Shown here: piece after piece, positions 36,471 to 48,159 of the stretch
Layout of the letters: each line of letters begins with the position of its first letter
Numbering within the stretch: position 1 is the first letter of the stretch
Source: Spirogloea muscicola
Taxonomy: Eukaryota
Assembly (NCBI GenBank): GCA_009602725.1
Contig: WELB01000001.1
Span: 1,476,997 to 1,527,736, forward strand
Length of the DNA stretch: 50,740 bases
Direction of reading: 5' to 3'
The notes under the pieces: generated by a model
The model's database searches: none
What the model saw: the letters and a program-made list of their open reading frames with translations, nothing else
What the model was told of the DNA's origin: nothing
Made by a program: the position numbers and the translations under genes

Positions 36471-37675
36471 GCCTTTTCTCGTCAGATGTACCTTCATCTC
36501 ATAGGCTGCAAGCATCTGGATGCTTGCGGCCAAATCCTTGCCGACACTGACGAGGCTTTTCTGGCGGGACGTGAGTGCGTAACGCAACCGGGTTTACCTT
36601 GCTGCATAGAGAAACTGCTGCTGCTTACTGTACTTACAAATGAGAGTGATCTACTCAATAAGCATTGAGTATTTTATTTGGTGACATGAGCTTTGACACG
36701 TCCATCCGAATGAATGACCTAGCCTGTGGACTTCCTTGTCAGCCAGGAGGCAAGTATCTGCCACGTGTTCCCACTTGGTCCAGAAACGACCTACGATTGC
36801 CAATTGCTCGATTACTTTCTGATTAAATGAGCAGAAGTATCGAAGCAGTGGTCATGGGGTTTCCCGCCTTCGGCCAAAAAGTCGGTGATTGAATGTACAG
36901 TGCAGCATGACCGCCTCCTAAAGTGGCCCTTTCTCCTTAAGACAAAGCGGAAGCAGGCCTCCAGGCATCCTCTACTTCAAAGCTTTGTTCCTATGTTTCA
37001 GCACTGATCCTGGCTCTTAGAACCTGGTAGTGGTCAGCTTCAAAACATTGGCCCAACTTTAGGCTGCCTCTTTTCCTTGGTCATCCATCGACCTTTGTCA
37101 ATTCTCTGATCTTGGACCCAGAAAGCCCCACTGCGATGGTATTAATGCATACTTGAAATTTGCCATGCTGCCTGCTCTCCTAAACTCGCTCGTTCATCTA
37201 TGTTGGCTGCGTCAATTCCAGCTCCAAGTTGAGAAGAGCTTGCTCGGATGATGTCCACTGACACAGATGTAAGGCAAGGAGAGAAGAGAGCAGTACCAGG
37301 AGTCACAGAGCCAGCCTCAAAGGAAGCAGGAAGCACGTCTTCTATAAGGTCTTGGCTGCTCCCACTTTTCTGCCATCAGCACAAAACCTGGAAGTAGCTG
37401 AGCTGAACACCAAAGCCTTTCCTCTCCTGGGTAAGGGTGCAAAGCCAACCATCACGCTCCTTGGCTGATATCCTTGAGCTCATTGTCCAGGGCCTTTGCT
37501 AGCCATTGCAGCTGCCTGCTCAAAGCTGACATTTATGGGACGCCCTTGAAAAATGGCACTTTGTGCCCGTTTATGCTATATTGGACTCCCATAATGAGAG
37601 TGCCATTTTTGGTGCTCACAGACAAAGTAAGACATCGATACACGTTACACCAAAGGTTGTGCACATACACGCCAG

Positions 37676-40600
37676 CTAGTACATCTTGTATTCATCTTCA
37701 GGGTCCATCTCGACTTCCATGACCTCCCGGATATCGCTATGTAACCCCACTGATTCCTCAGCCGCTCTCCTCTCCTCCGCCTCTTTCACTCGCTTTTGCA
37801 GTTTCTGCTGGCTAAATGGCGGTGACTGCATCTCCATCTGGCCAGTTGGACGCCAGTCTCTGGCTTGATCTCCTTGCAGTCCCAAAACTTCCCCTTGCCT
37901 GGCTGATCCACATGCCTCCCGATTCTTTCGATGTTTAGAGAGTTGTGAATGATGTTGGCCTGATGCTGGTGCCAAATCATCTCCAATTTCCACTTCGTCA
38001 ACAGCTCTGCACAGGCCAGAGGATCTTACAAGTCAATATTTGCCCAGGTCTTGTCAGGACACTGCGGACAAAGAGAAGAAGGTCAGCATCATGCTGCACA
38101 TAAGCACAAGCTCAACACCTAAACACCGCTGTCGCTGTGAGTTCGAGCAAAAGGGGACCTTTCTGTTTTATCAATGTGCATTCTGGCGCCAACTTGTTGC
38201 GTAGCCCGCTTTCTTCGCCCTCGGTCCCCTTGCATGCCAATGGCAGTGCCTGTTGCCTTTGCCCCTTGACCTTCTGCTGTGCTTGTTGCTCTTGGCTTTT
38301 GGTGGGATGATTGGGACCTTGCAAGGGCATCAGACGTGGCACCTTCACCAACAAACTCCTCCTGCCCAGGCCCTGTGACAACAGGCAAGCCTTGACAGAA
38401 TGACCTTACAGAAGGAGCGCAGGCAATAGCAATAACGATAAGCCTACTCACTCTTCGGGTACAGCATATCTAGGACTACTCATTTGGACACTATCAAGCT
38501 ACATATTAAGCTGGGTTAATTTTAAGGTGGGCAACGTCAGAATAGGTGCTCAAGCATTCTTCCAATCTGCTCTGGACGAACCACGTTATTTTCTAGTTAG
38601 TACAAGCTCAATTCTACCTGATGGGTGCGCTGCTGTTTTGGGGCTGCCAATGTCATTGTTGAAGAGCTGGGCCAGAGCACTGTAGTTGACTTTCGAGCTG
38701 AGTTTCTGCAGGTGAGAACAATGGCAGCCAACAACGTGCGCCTCAGGACCAGAATGGCTTCATTGGGTTTCATACCGAAGAACCTCAAATCATCACCAGC
38801 ACTGTAAAGCATGCTACACAGAATCAGTCAGACAGGGGGCCCCCGAGGGCCCCAAAGCAGCACATCCCCAAGCAGCTCGTGGCATGTGCCCTGACCCTGC
38901 TTGCAAGCATCTGCTGCGTGGCCTCTGCAGCTGTCTCTGCTGGCTGACGCTTGATGGTGCCTGCCTCTTCAGCTCTCTTTTGCTTTCGTTCCTACACACG
39001 CAGGCTAAAGTGTCATCAGCCACCACTTAATGTACTGACTCCAGAAAGTGGGAAAAATCTTGAACAAGATTTATGCAAGCAGCACTTCTAATCACCAACG
39101 TGGGCATGAAGAGATAGGGCAAAGGATCATAATCAGATCACCCTTTTCATCATGGCCACTGCAGCAGCTGCAGCTGCTGCAAGCTCAGAAGCACCCGCGT
39201 TATTTTGCGCGGCAGCAGCCACAGCAGCAGCATGCGCTGCCTCCCCTGCAGCTATGGCAGCCTCCTTCGCCTCCTTCTGCTGGAGATACTCTTTATTCAT
39301 CTCTGTCCAGACAATGGTCTTCAAGCGTACCTCCTCCTCCTGCAGCAGATAACCAGTCACCTACAGACAACAAAGTTGATCATCAGCGACTAGGCCTTGC
39401 AAAAGAGATGTTTACCTGGACAAGCCATCTCATAGCTGAGAAGAAGGATCGGCGGCGACAATACTTACTTCGTCATCATCAATGTCGGAGAGCGTCTCCT
39501 CTTTGTCAGCAGTGGCCTCATAAACGTTCTCTTCGTCATCTTCCCCTCCTCGTACTTCAGGGCCAGATGACGCTTTCAAAGTTGCAAGATCAGCATCCTC
39601 AGCATCGCCAACGTCGCTTTTCGTGTCAACAGCCTGTGCACTCTCCAACTCCCTAGCCTTGCTCTCGATCCTCCCCGCAGCAGGGTTGGCAACAGCAGAT
39701 GTACACTCCGTGTGCGCCAGCTCAGAGGCATTATCTGAGACAACCCGCGGGGGACACAATGCTTCTGATAACCCAAGGCCCTCAAGTCGCGTGCTTGAGC
39801 CTCTGAGTCGAGTGTTGCTTGCAGCCAGAGCGTCACAAGGGCTGGCAGCAAAATCTGGTGGCGGAGTTGAAAGCAGACTGCATGCTCTGAGTGGTGGCAA
39901 AGATCTGGAGAATGCCGAGGAAGGCAGTGCTGTAGCTGCCAACTGGGAGAGGTCTTCCCGTCCAAGCGCAGCTTCCAAGTCCTGCAACTCGCCAGGACCA
40001 TGTAATAGTTGTATGAGACGTATGAACGTGATGCCAACATCAATCATCATGATCAAGCTTAAGTACGAGCTTGAAACTAGGAAAACCTGACTGGCCAGCG
40101 GTAGCCACTTCAAGTTGGTTTATTTGACATCTTTGGCCTTCATGGTTGGGGAAGTCCACTTCATTCAAGAAGAGCAGTGAACATCACTATCATCGACACA
40201 ACTTCGCCATTGAAACCCTCAATCCATTAGATGCCAGAGTCTGGAACTGCATACCAACTGCGCACCTGAGTGAAACAGTTGTGCGTGGATCAGATAGTGT
40301 ACCTTTTCCAAGTTCTCCTGCCGCTTGGTTGTCAATCTTTGGCCTGCAGTCCCCTTTGACTCTCCTTTACCTCTTTGCTGTCCTCGAATGGTTCTGCCCT
40401 CACCTGATTCACCTCCTAGAGTCTCCAATGACCCTTCACGCTCACCAGCTCTAGCCTCTGCTCTCAGCAATTCCTCCTCATAACTACCATCTTCAGCAGG
40501 AATGCACCTGTTCGGAAGAATCTCGATGACTTCCACTGCCAGGGTCTGCTCTCTGAATCGGGAAAGCAGTGGTCGAGATGTAGTGATTCACAATCATGCC

Positions 40601-43526
40601 ATGCTTACAGAAAAACATCTGAAGAACATTTGCCAGGAGACAGACAGCAAGCCTTCTAGCTTACCCTTGACTCAGCTGCTTCTGGACGAGCCGGAGCTTT
40701 TCAGCCCTTTGGAACGATGGTGGAGCTGACCCGCCACCGACGCCCCCACTCACTGACACAAACTGCGCAGCAGAGCACACTCCAACATTTGCATTGTGGA
40801 ACATGCATGGTCAGTGAGCATGCAAATGACAATTGCAACCGTCTCTGGCCAACAGTTGGCTATGCAATAATGCTGTCTACTTATAACCGTCTCAATTTCC
40901 AACAGAGCAAGTTGCGACCATGGCACAAGTCAATAAACAGCACATGGCACAGTCCACCGTCATGGAGAAATTGGGCAAAGCGCTTCATCATATTCAAGCA
41001 GCAACTAACCTCGTCATAGCAAGCACGGCAGAGGCCGTGCGCATGGTGGAAGGCCCCAGTGGTCCTGTGCTCACACAGGACCTTGTTCAAGCTAGACGCG
41101 GCTAAAACTAGTGCTTGCCCATTCTCATGATGAGCAGGAAGACACTGCATGGCTCGCTGCTGACATTCATATTCTTTGGCCTTCTTGTCAAATTCCTCAG
41201 CAGTTAGGCTGCCAGACTCAGTGCTCTCAAATTCGGTCAACCGCTTCTTCAGAGTTGCCTCACAAACGTGCACCACACTGACCTGCACATGCAATAAATG
41301 CACTGCTTAGGTGGCCATCGGCAGACCTGTTAACATAGTATGAACGAGCACAACACAAGATGCATATCTGCATCTTGTGGAGATGCTAGACAAGCTCAGC
41401 AGCATGACTGGGTCCATACCACGTCGCGTTTAGATCGCTCAAAGCCATGGACATGGGAGGATATGAACAGGGCAGCACCACAGACACCACTTGGTCGTCG
41501 GCCCGTCTGCATCCAGTCCCGCTTCATGCTGGCCATCAGCCGAAGAGCGGTATTTGCGACACTGTGCATCTTAGACCCAAATTCAAGCCCTGCATTTACA
41601 GACCAAGACAACCAACACCCTTCCCGCTTGTAAGAACTCAGATGATAGGCTAAGGCAGAGGTACCTTTTGAGCATGCACAAGAAGGGCCCTCAAGAAGGT
41701 AGACGGACATAGGTGAGTAGTAGGAGTAAGGAATATTGATTATAAAGGAGGAGGTCAAGGTGCCTGAACCTACTGTCAGCAAATCTGTGGATGAAGAGTG
41801 ACGGGTCGATTGGGCGCTGCATTATGGGATGCTGCTCCAAGCGGAGCAGACGGCAGAGCTGCAGGAAAACTGCCCCAAGCACGTAGACATTTGTCTGGAG
41901 CGTGTCCGAGAAGTCAATCAGCATGTAGGGCTTGCTCTCCTGCCTGCGCCAGCATGCCGCACAGGGGCTTCTCAGTGTATGGCAATGGATGGCAATGGCG
42001 ATGATAGTGTTCCACCCCTTTGTAGAGCTGATACTTCAATGAAGCCTTCAAGTAAGCCTCTTGACTTGCACCTTGCCCTTTTCGAGTCCTTCTTTATACA
42101 CTAGTCATGCTGCTGCTTGGCTGTAGCAATGTCATGCAGTTAAAAGAAATTGTCACTGCAGGCTGTTTGAGGTGTCTGGATGATGAGTCACCTGCAGACA
42201 ATGTAAAGGCAGGCGCCAGCGACATGCTGCGTTCGGCGACCCCTTGTGAAATTGCGCTGCACAGCAAGCTGAACGGGCCCAATGGCGCGAGTACTGATCA
42301 GTCAACTGGGGCTGGTAGGGTTTTGAGATGTAGGGCTTCGGTTTACACCGTTAAACAATTTAGGATTCAAGCTGGGGCGCCCCAAGAAGCAGCAGGTACT
42401 GCAGGTTGTCCACAAATCCACCTAGCCCTTTGCTCCACCAATCATGGTGCATGTTGTAAATGCAGCCAATGACCTAGGCTCCAACCCTGGAGACGCATTC
42501 CAGAACTCTCCAGACCTTCCAAAGCCCAGGCCTTCACCAGTTCGCCAATTATCACAAGTTCTACAAAGACTTGGAATATTGAGACGTGCACCTTGTAGAG
42601 CCTGTGGGCAGCATTGACCATCTCATCCTTGGGCCGAATCTTGAGACGTTCCGTTATCTCCACAATCTCATGCTTGCCCTTGCTGACCGTCTTCTCGTGC
42701 GAGTCAGCCTGGTAGCCAAACACGCGGCCCCGTGCGCCCCCCAGCCGACCGAAGCTGCTGGGCACAACTCCGTCGGCCACAAAGTTGCCATCCACTTGAC
42801 TCTGCACATATATGAACACTCTTCAGGCAACTCATCTACAGCACAATGGAGGTATGCCCTTTTCCCTGAAGAAGGGGCGAGAGAGGATCGCATCCTTGAC
42901 GGATATTGGGTTTGCTAGGGCCTGATGTAAGGAGCTTCCCATCACATCATCTTTTCACACTGACACGAGACAAAACCCTTGCGAGTAAATCGCTTCAATT
43001 TCTTTCAACCAAGTCTGTCAAGCTGGCCAAGGGCAGTGTGCCTAGACAGACCCGGATGGCGAAGACAAGCTCAGATGATTATAGGAACAGGCGGACTGTC
43101 CTGCAGTCCTGCTTCGCCAGTCTATGTCGTCTGCCTTGGCGAGCACTCCACGGTGAAGCAACTGCAATCGACTTGGCCCAAAGCGGCGGGTAGGGACTAG
43201 CCACGAGGACGTGCTGGAGCCGTTCTGAACCAGGCGGAGCATTGGCGCAGGCTCACCGCACCACCAGCGCCCTTGCTGAAGGTCGGGTCGGTGGAGTAGA
43301 TGTTGTCGTCGAGCACGCGCCCGCAGCCCGTGCAGCACCTGGAATTCAGCAACAACCCCGTCGGGGTCGTGACGGTGTAAGTGCCTCAGTGGGGCAGCCT
43401 GCTGGCAAGGCGGACAAAGCGGCGTGGACGCCATGTGCAGCCACCCAAGGCAAGCACTCACGTGAAGCCGTTGGCCTCGTCGATCTCCGCGTCCTGGTCC
43501 TTGCCGCAGTAGCTGCACCACACCAT
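37676..43526 (-). CDS. BRF1: TFIIB-related factor, TFIIIB subunit BRF1, multi-exon
   Basis: MVWCSYC...CCTGCGRVL zinc ribbon, LAVQRNFTRGRRT..VAGACLYIVCR, MLIDFSD, IDPSLFIHRFA, MKRDWMQTGRRPSGVCGAAL, TLSDIDDDEV, KTIVWTEMNKEYL, KLSSKVNYSAL. The last two exons are less certain. Confidence 0.95.
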
Positions 43527-44202
43527 GGCGGCCGGCTGCGGCGGCGGCGGCGGCGGCGGCGGCGGGCGCCGCGGGCGCCGCGGTGAGGAGGCAGCGCGAG
43601 GGCGTCAGTATTAGAGTCTGCCGTCGGTAGGGCTGAAGGGGCTGGCGCTCAAGCGCCTCGGCCAGACGCAACCGGGGCCGGCTCGGACGGCCGCCAGAGC
43701 GGGGCGGCCGGTTGGAACCTGGTTGACTCTGGCACCGCTCAGTGACTCACAGTCACAATGTGGTATTCTGCAACCGTCGATTATTAGCAGCAGTTGTGCG
43801 GGAACACAGGCCCCCCATCTAGCCCGCCACCGGCCCCTCTCGTCGGACACACTAAGCTCTTTCGTGAGTTCGGGTTTACGCGTTTTGGGCTGACTGCCGC
43901 TTTTGATTTGACCACCCAAGCGGCCAGCTGCCCGAGCCGCCCGGCCTGCCAGCCCCCAGCGCTGGCGATCTGCCGGCCCGCCGACCCCCCCGCTCCACCT
44001 AGCCACCGCCGCCGCCGCCCCCGCAGCCGCCGCCGCCGGCGTTGGCTCTGACACCTCGCGCAGACGGCAGCGCCTTCCTGCCCGCGGCGCGACTTTCGCC
44101 AGAGCCGGCGTCCGTGGCTAGTCGACGGCTGATCTGGCCATCCGCTGTCTAGGGCTTGCGGACTAGCTTGGCCCATCGATACAAAGGGCCTGGTACTCGT
44201 GG
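43527..44202. promoter_or_regulatory. Probable bidirectional promoter between BRF1 and the TMEM214-like gene
   Basis: ~680 bp between divergent ATGs, with (GCC)n tracts on each side. Confidence 0.4.
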
Positions 44203-47200
44203 ATGGAGCCGCAGGAGTCCGTCGCCACGGCCGCCGAGGACGACGCGCCAGCCGCCGCCGCCGACAGCAGCTGGCAGGAGGTGACCAATGTCAAGCGTGT
44301 GAGGCGGCAGGAGAGCCGCCAGCGGCGGCCAGCGGCGGCTGCAGGAGGCGCTGCCGCGCAGCCGCTAGTGGCGGCTGCCGCCTCCAGAGGCGCGCGCGAG
44401 CCGGAGTTGTCCATCTTCTCGGCGCTCGAGAGCGAGGGCGACGAGCGGCAGGCCAGGTACAAGGCAAGGGAAGCGGCGGCCGCTGCTGCTGCTGCTGCCA
44501 ATGGGGAGTATCAGCGCGATGGCTTCGACGACGACGAGGACGAGGAGGAGGCCATCGCCCGGGGCGAGGGATCAGAGCTGGAGCGGCCGGATGCAGGGAA
44601 AGCCAGGAAAGCGAGGCGGCCTAGGATCTCCGTCGCAGACTGCGCCCAGGCTATGGACACGGCGGAGCTTACCTCCTCCCTGGCTGAGTACTCAGTAAGC
44701 CTCCCTTCTGGCTCCGGAATGGGGGTCAAATACAGGTCTTAGCATTTGGTGCCTCTTCTACTCTGCACGCTTCTGAGCATTACCTTGGAAGAATCTTCTA
44801 TCCTGCAAGATTTTGTGCCTCTCTGGGAGCCACCTTCGCGTACATCAGCTTCAGCTGTGCTCCAGGGCAGAAGTGTCGTTGACCTTGACCTTGTGTTGCG
44901 TTCTCTGTGCTTCAGCGCCAGTACAAGACGTCAGCAACAGTGCAGCTCATGCGCTGTGCAGACTACTTTGACCGAAAGTTCAGCACAATCACCCCATCAC
45001 ACTTCAGCTGGTCCAGAATATTCAAAAACCTCACAGTTGCCAAGGCTGCAGAGGTAAGCTTTAAGATGGGGCAGGCCGATTGGCAGAGTGCAATGCATGA
45101 GGCACCAATTTTCATATTCACCTTGATGCTGCTCTCCTTAATGCTTAAAGTTGAGAGACAAATACCGAAAACTACGGTCAATTTATGTGATACTCACCTC
45201 CTATGCTGCATTACCTGATTAGGTACCTCTGATACACATCCCAGAGGCTATTGTTGCTATCACATCAGATTGGTTGCTGTCACAACCTCTTCAGGAGCTT
45301 GCCAAATTCAACCTCACACTTGTCAAGGCATTGCTGGAGGATGCTGCAGCTGCAGCACCAGCTGGGAAGTCAAAGTTGGCCACAGGCCCTGCGAGAGCTA
45401 GGGTTAGTCAATTTAAGTTCATTGCTCATTGTCAATGGTCAATGGGATGTCATACCCTTGGTTTTGGAAGCAAATGCGTTACAGAAACAGATGCATCAGC
45501 AGAAAATTAGCATCATGAATGAGTATGCAAGCCTAGCACTGCTGAGTCCTGTTTTGCTGACAGGTGGGAGTTGCAGTTCTTTTGGCCATTGTCCTTCGGA
45601 AGAGGCCAGAAGTGTTGTTGCAGGAGGCTGAGCTTCTCCGCAGCAACGCCCAATTCCAGGGGCCTGAGAAGCTACCCTTCATGATCTGGGTCTACAGTCA
45701 AGTACGACATATGCATGCCCCTGGATTTGGGCCCTTGCTTCTCTGATACACGCTTCGATAGAAGCCCGGACTCTCAGGAGCTTGCAGCCTCTTGGACTGT
45801 TGCTAAGTGCATGTGAATGTTTATTGTGAATGCGGCTTGCTTTTGTTTATGCGCAACAATCAATTGTACTGCAGGCTGCACTTGGAGACTTGGTAATTGG
45901 CATGATGCTTTGGATACAAAATGTTGCACCCCTGGCCTGTGGGAATGCCAGTTCACCTCTATCTCGAGACCTCGCTCTCCAGCTCCTCGAGAGGTACTTC
46001 TAACAGAGCCCGCATAGACAGACAATCTCTCTATGGAGATTGCAAGCATAAGAATCGTGCAGAGATCTTCATGCTTGCTTTGCGTTGCTTTTGTCAACTC
46101 TTTACACCGTCGGCCCTTCTTATGCGCTCCATTACTGAAGCTGGTGTCAAGTGAAGCCAGAGAGTTGAATGTGCACTCCCATGTATGTTGCAATATTGTC
46201 GAAGGCCAGTAGGTGAGAGATTCAAATACTGAGTTGCACTGTAGAGCCCCTCCTCAATCTTGTGTCGCCCTTGGCAGTGTCATATTGGAAAACACGACGA
46301 AGGCACGTGCTGTACTTTTGAAAGGTGCTTCCAGAAAGGGCGAGAGAGTGGTGCCTCCAGCAGCTCTGAATGTTGTCATGCGTGCCAGCTTCCCTAGCCC
46401 ATCAGCAAAGACAAAGGTGCGATCCATGTTGAAGCATACAGGGTTATGCAGGCTGTGCTGAATTCACAAACTAGTGACTGCTGTGATGGGTGACCACAAG
46501 TGTCCATCTTCATTTTGAACTGCAAGAGAAGAAGGTTGGCAAGCGTGTCCAGCAGGCTCTTGGCTCATCTAATGCAGAAGTTTGGTACTGGTGTGCCAGG
46601 CCTCAGACCGTTTTCAGTCAATCTATCCTCTTGTGCGGGAGATTGCTCTGGCAGGCGGCATGACGAGCAGAGCTACGAAGCCAGTTGCCCTACAGCTTTT
46701 CCCACTTAGTCTGGTAGCTGCTGCAGAGGGTGAGTAACATGTTGATAACTGCTACTTCCTAGCATCCCAAATGTCTTGCTGTTGTTGCTGCACATGGTAT
46801 CGAATGTGGAGTCAAGCCGCCTGGTCTTGAACAATGTTGGGTTGCCTGGACAATGACCAAGAAATTAAAAGCTCCAAAATGTTGGTCAACACTAGATGTC
46901 AGATGAAGTGTGCTGAAAGATATATCAGCTTGCTGATGGTATTACTCCAAGTCTATTGCAACTGTGATCAACTTGCTCACTGTACTTACAGGTAGTACAG
47001 GCATTGTTTTGCACGCCACTCTCTCCTGAAAGCTTCTCCTTTGCTCCTTGATGTAGAGCCAGGAGCGCTCGTCAATGAAGCCTGCAGTCTTATTGTGTGG
47101 TCGCTGGCACACAATTTCGATTGCTACAAACAGTGGGTAGGTTGTAAACCACATCTTCGAAAGTGAAAAGGCAGTTGTCTTCTGTGACAACCTTGGCATC

Positions 47201-47757
47201 TTCCTTGTCCTAGCAGTTAGCTACTTTGGCAAAATTGGCTGTCAGGAGAAGCTGACAGAAGCTGAATGGCGCCTTCCAGGAGAAACACCACCTGGAGCAC
47301 CTGAAAGCCAGCACAAGGGTGCTTAGCCACTTGGCACGAAATTGGCAGGACTGCAGAAATTCCCTCGTACCCCTGAAAGACTTGAAGCTTACCCTCTTGA
47401 CGCTGCGACGAAAGGTGGGCACCTGTTGTGGATTGACTTTGGTATGCAACAGACTGCGTGGTCAATGTGGCAGCGAATTGATCCGGACTGCTTGTGATGC
47501 AATGACAGCACGCAGAAGCACTCAAGGTGGCCAATGGGGACAAGGAGCTGGAGAAGGCACTTGCCACAGCGGATGGCTTTTGCCGGAGTCTTCTGAAGAA
47601 GTGCTCTGGCCTGCCTGCTTGCATCTCTGCCACAGCTGCGTTGGCAGCCGCGGCTGCTGTAGGAGTCGGCTGCTACATGCTCAGTCCCGATAACAATCCC
47701 TGGGGCTGGGATGGCTACATCATCCTAAGCCACACACACAAGTTGCTGCCTTTCTGA
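44203..47757 (+). CDS. TMEM214-like (DUF2359) protein, multi-exon
   Basis: WQEVTNVKR, VQLMRCADYF, LAIVLRKRPEVL, FQGPEKLPFMIWVYSQ, ARAVLLKGASRKGERVVPP and a C-terminal hydrophobic anchor. The family is recognised from memory of plant DUF2359 proteins. Confidence 0.82.
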
Positions 47758-47926
47758 GCTAAAGATGGGATAAAAATTGGCAAGAGATTGCTGTTCATCA
47801 AGCTCATTGCTGTTCATCATGCTGCGAAGGACCCGCAAGTGCTTTGGTCATGCAGGAGCTTGGCGTCAAGAGTGGTATCTATTGCATGCTCATGAGTCTG
47901 TGTCCTGATCAGACTTGCAGCCTGTG

Positions 47927-47960
47927 ATGGGCTATCTCGACGGGCTACGAGATAGCCCAT
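47927..47960. repeat. Perfect 13-bp inverted repeat
   Basis: ATGGGCTATCTCG-ACGGGCTA-CGAGATAGCCCAT. Confidence 0.9.
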
Positions 47961-48159
47961 GTCCCTCTACAACGCTTCAGATTTACAACGTGTTGCAAGC
48001 ATTACACCAGCTCACTGAAAGCAGTGTCTCACGAGCCTGCAGAGGTGGTAAGGACGACAACTAAAATCCTCTCTTGCGTATATACATGAGGTATGCTTCC
48101 AGCATCTAGCTGAAAAACTACAAAGGCCTTGGTTCCTACACCTTTGAGCTTGGCCAGGG

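Noticed and set aside
36480..37450. Possible gene or TE remnant between the LINE cluster and BRF1
   Set aside because: No consistent ORF, splice pattern or repeat match could be supported.
41020..41085. Extra Cys/His cluster LCEH...HAHGLCRACY in BRF1
   Set aside because: As far as I recall this is a normal feature of plant BRF1 proteins.
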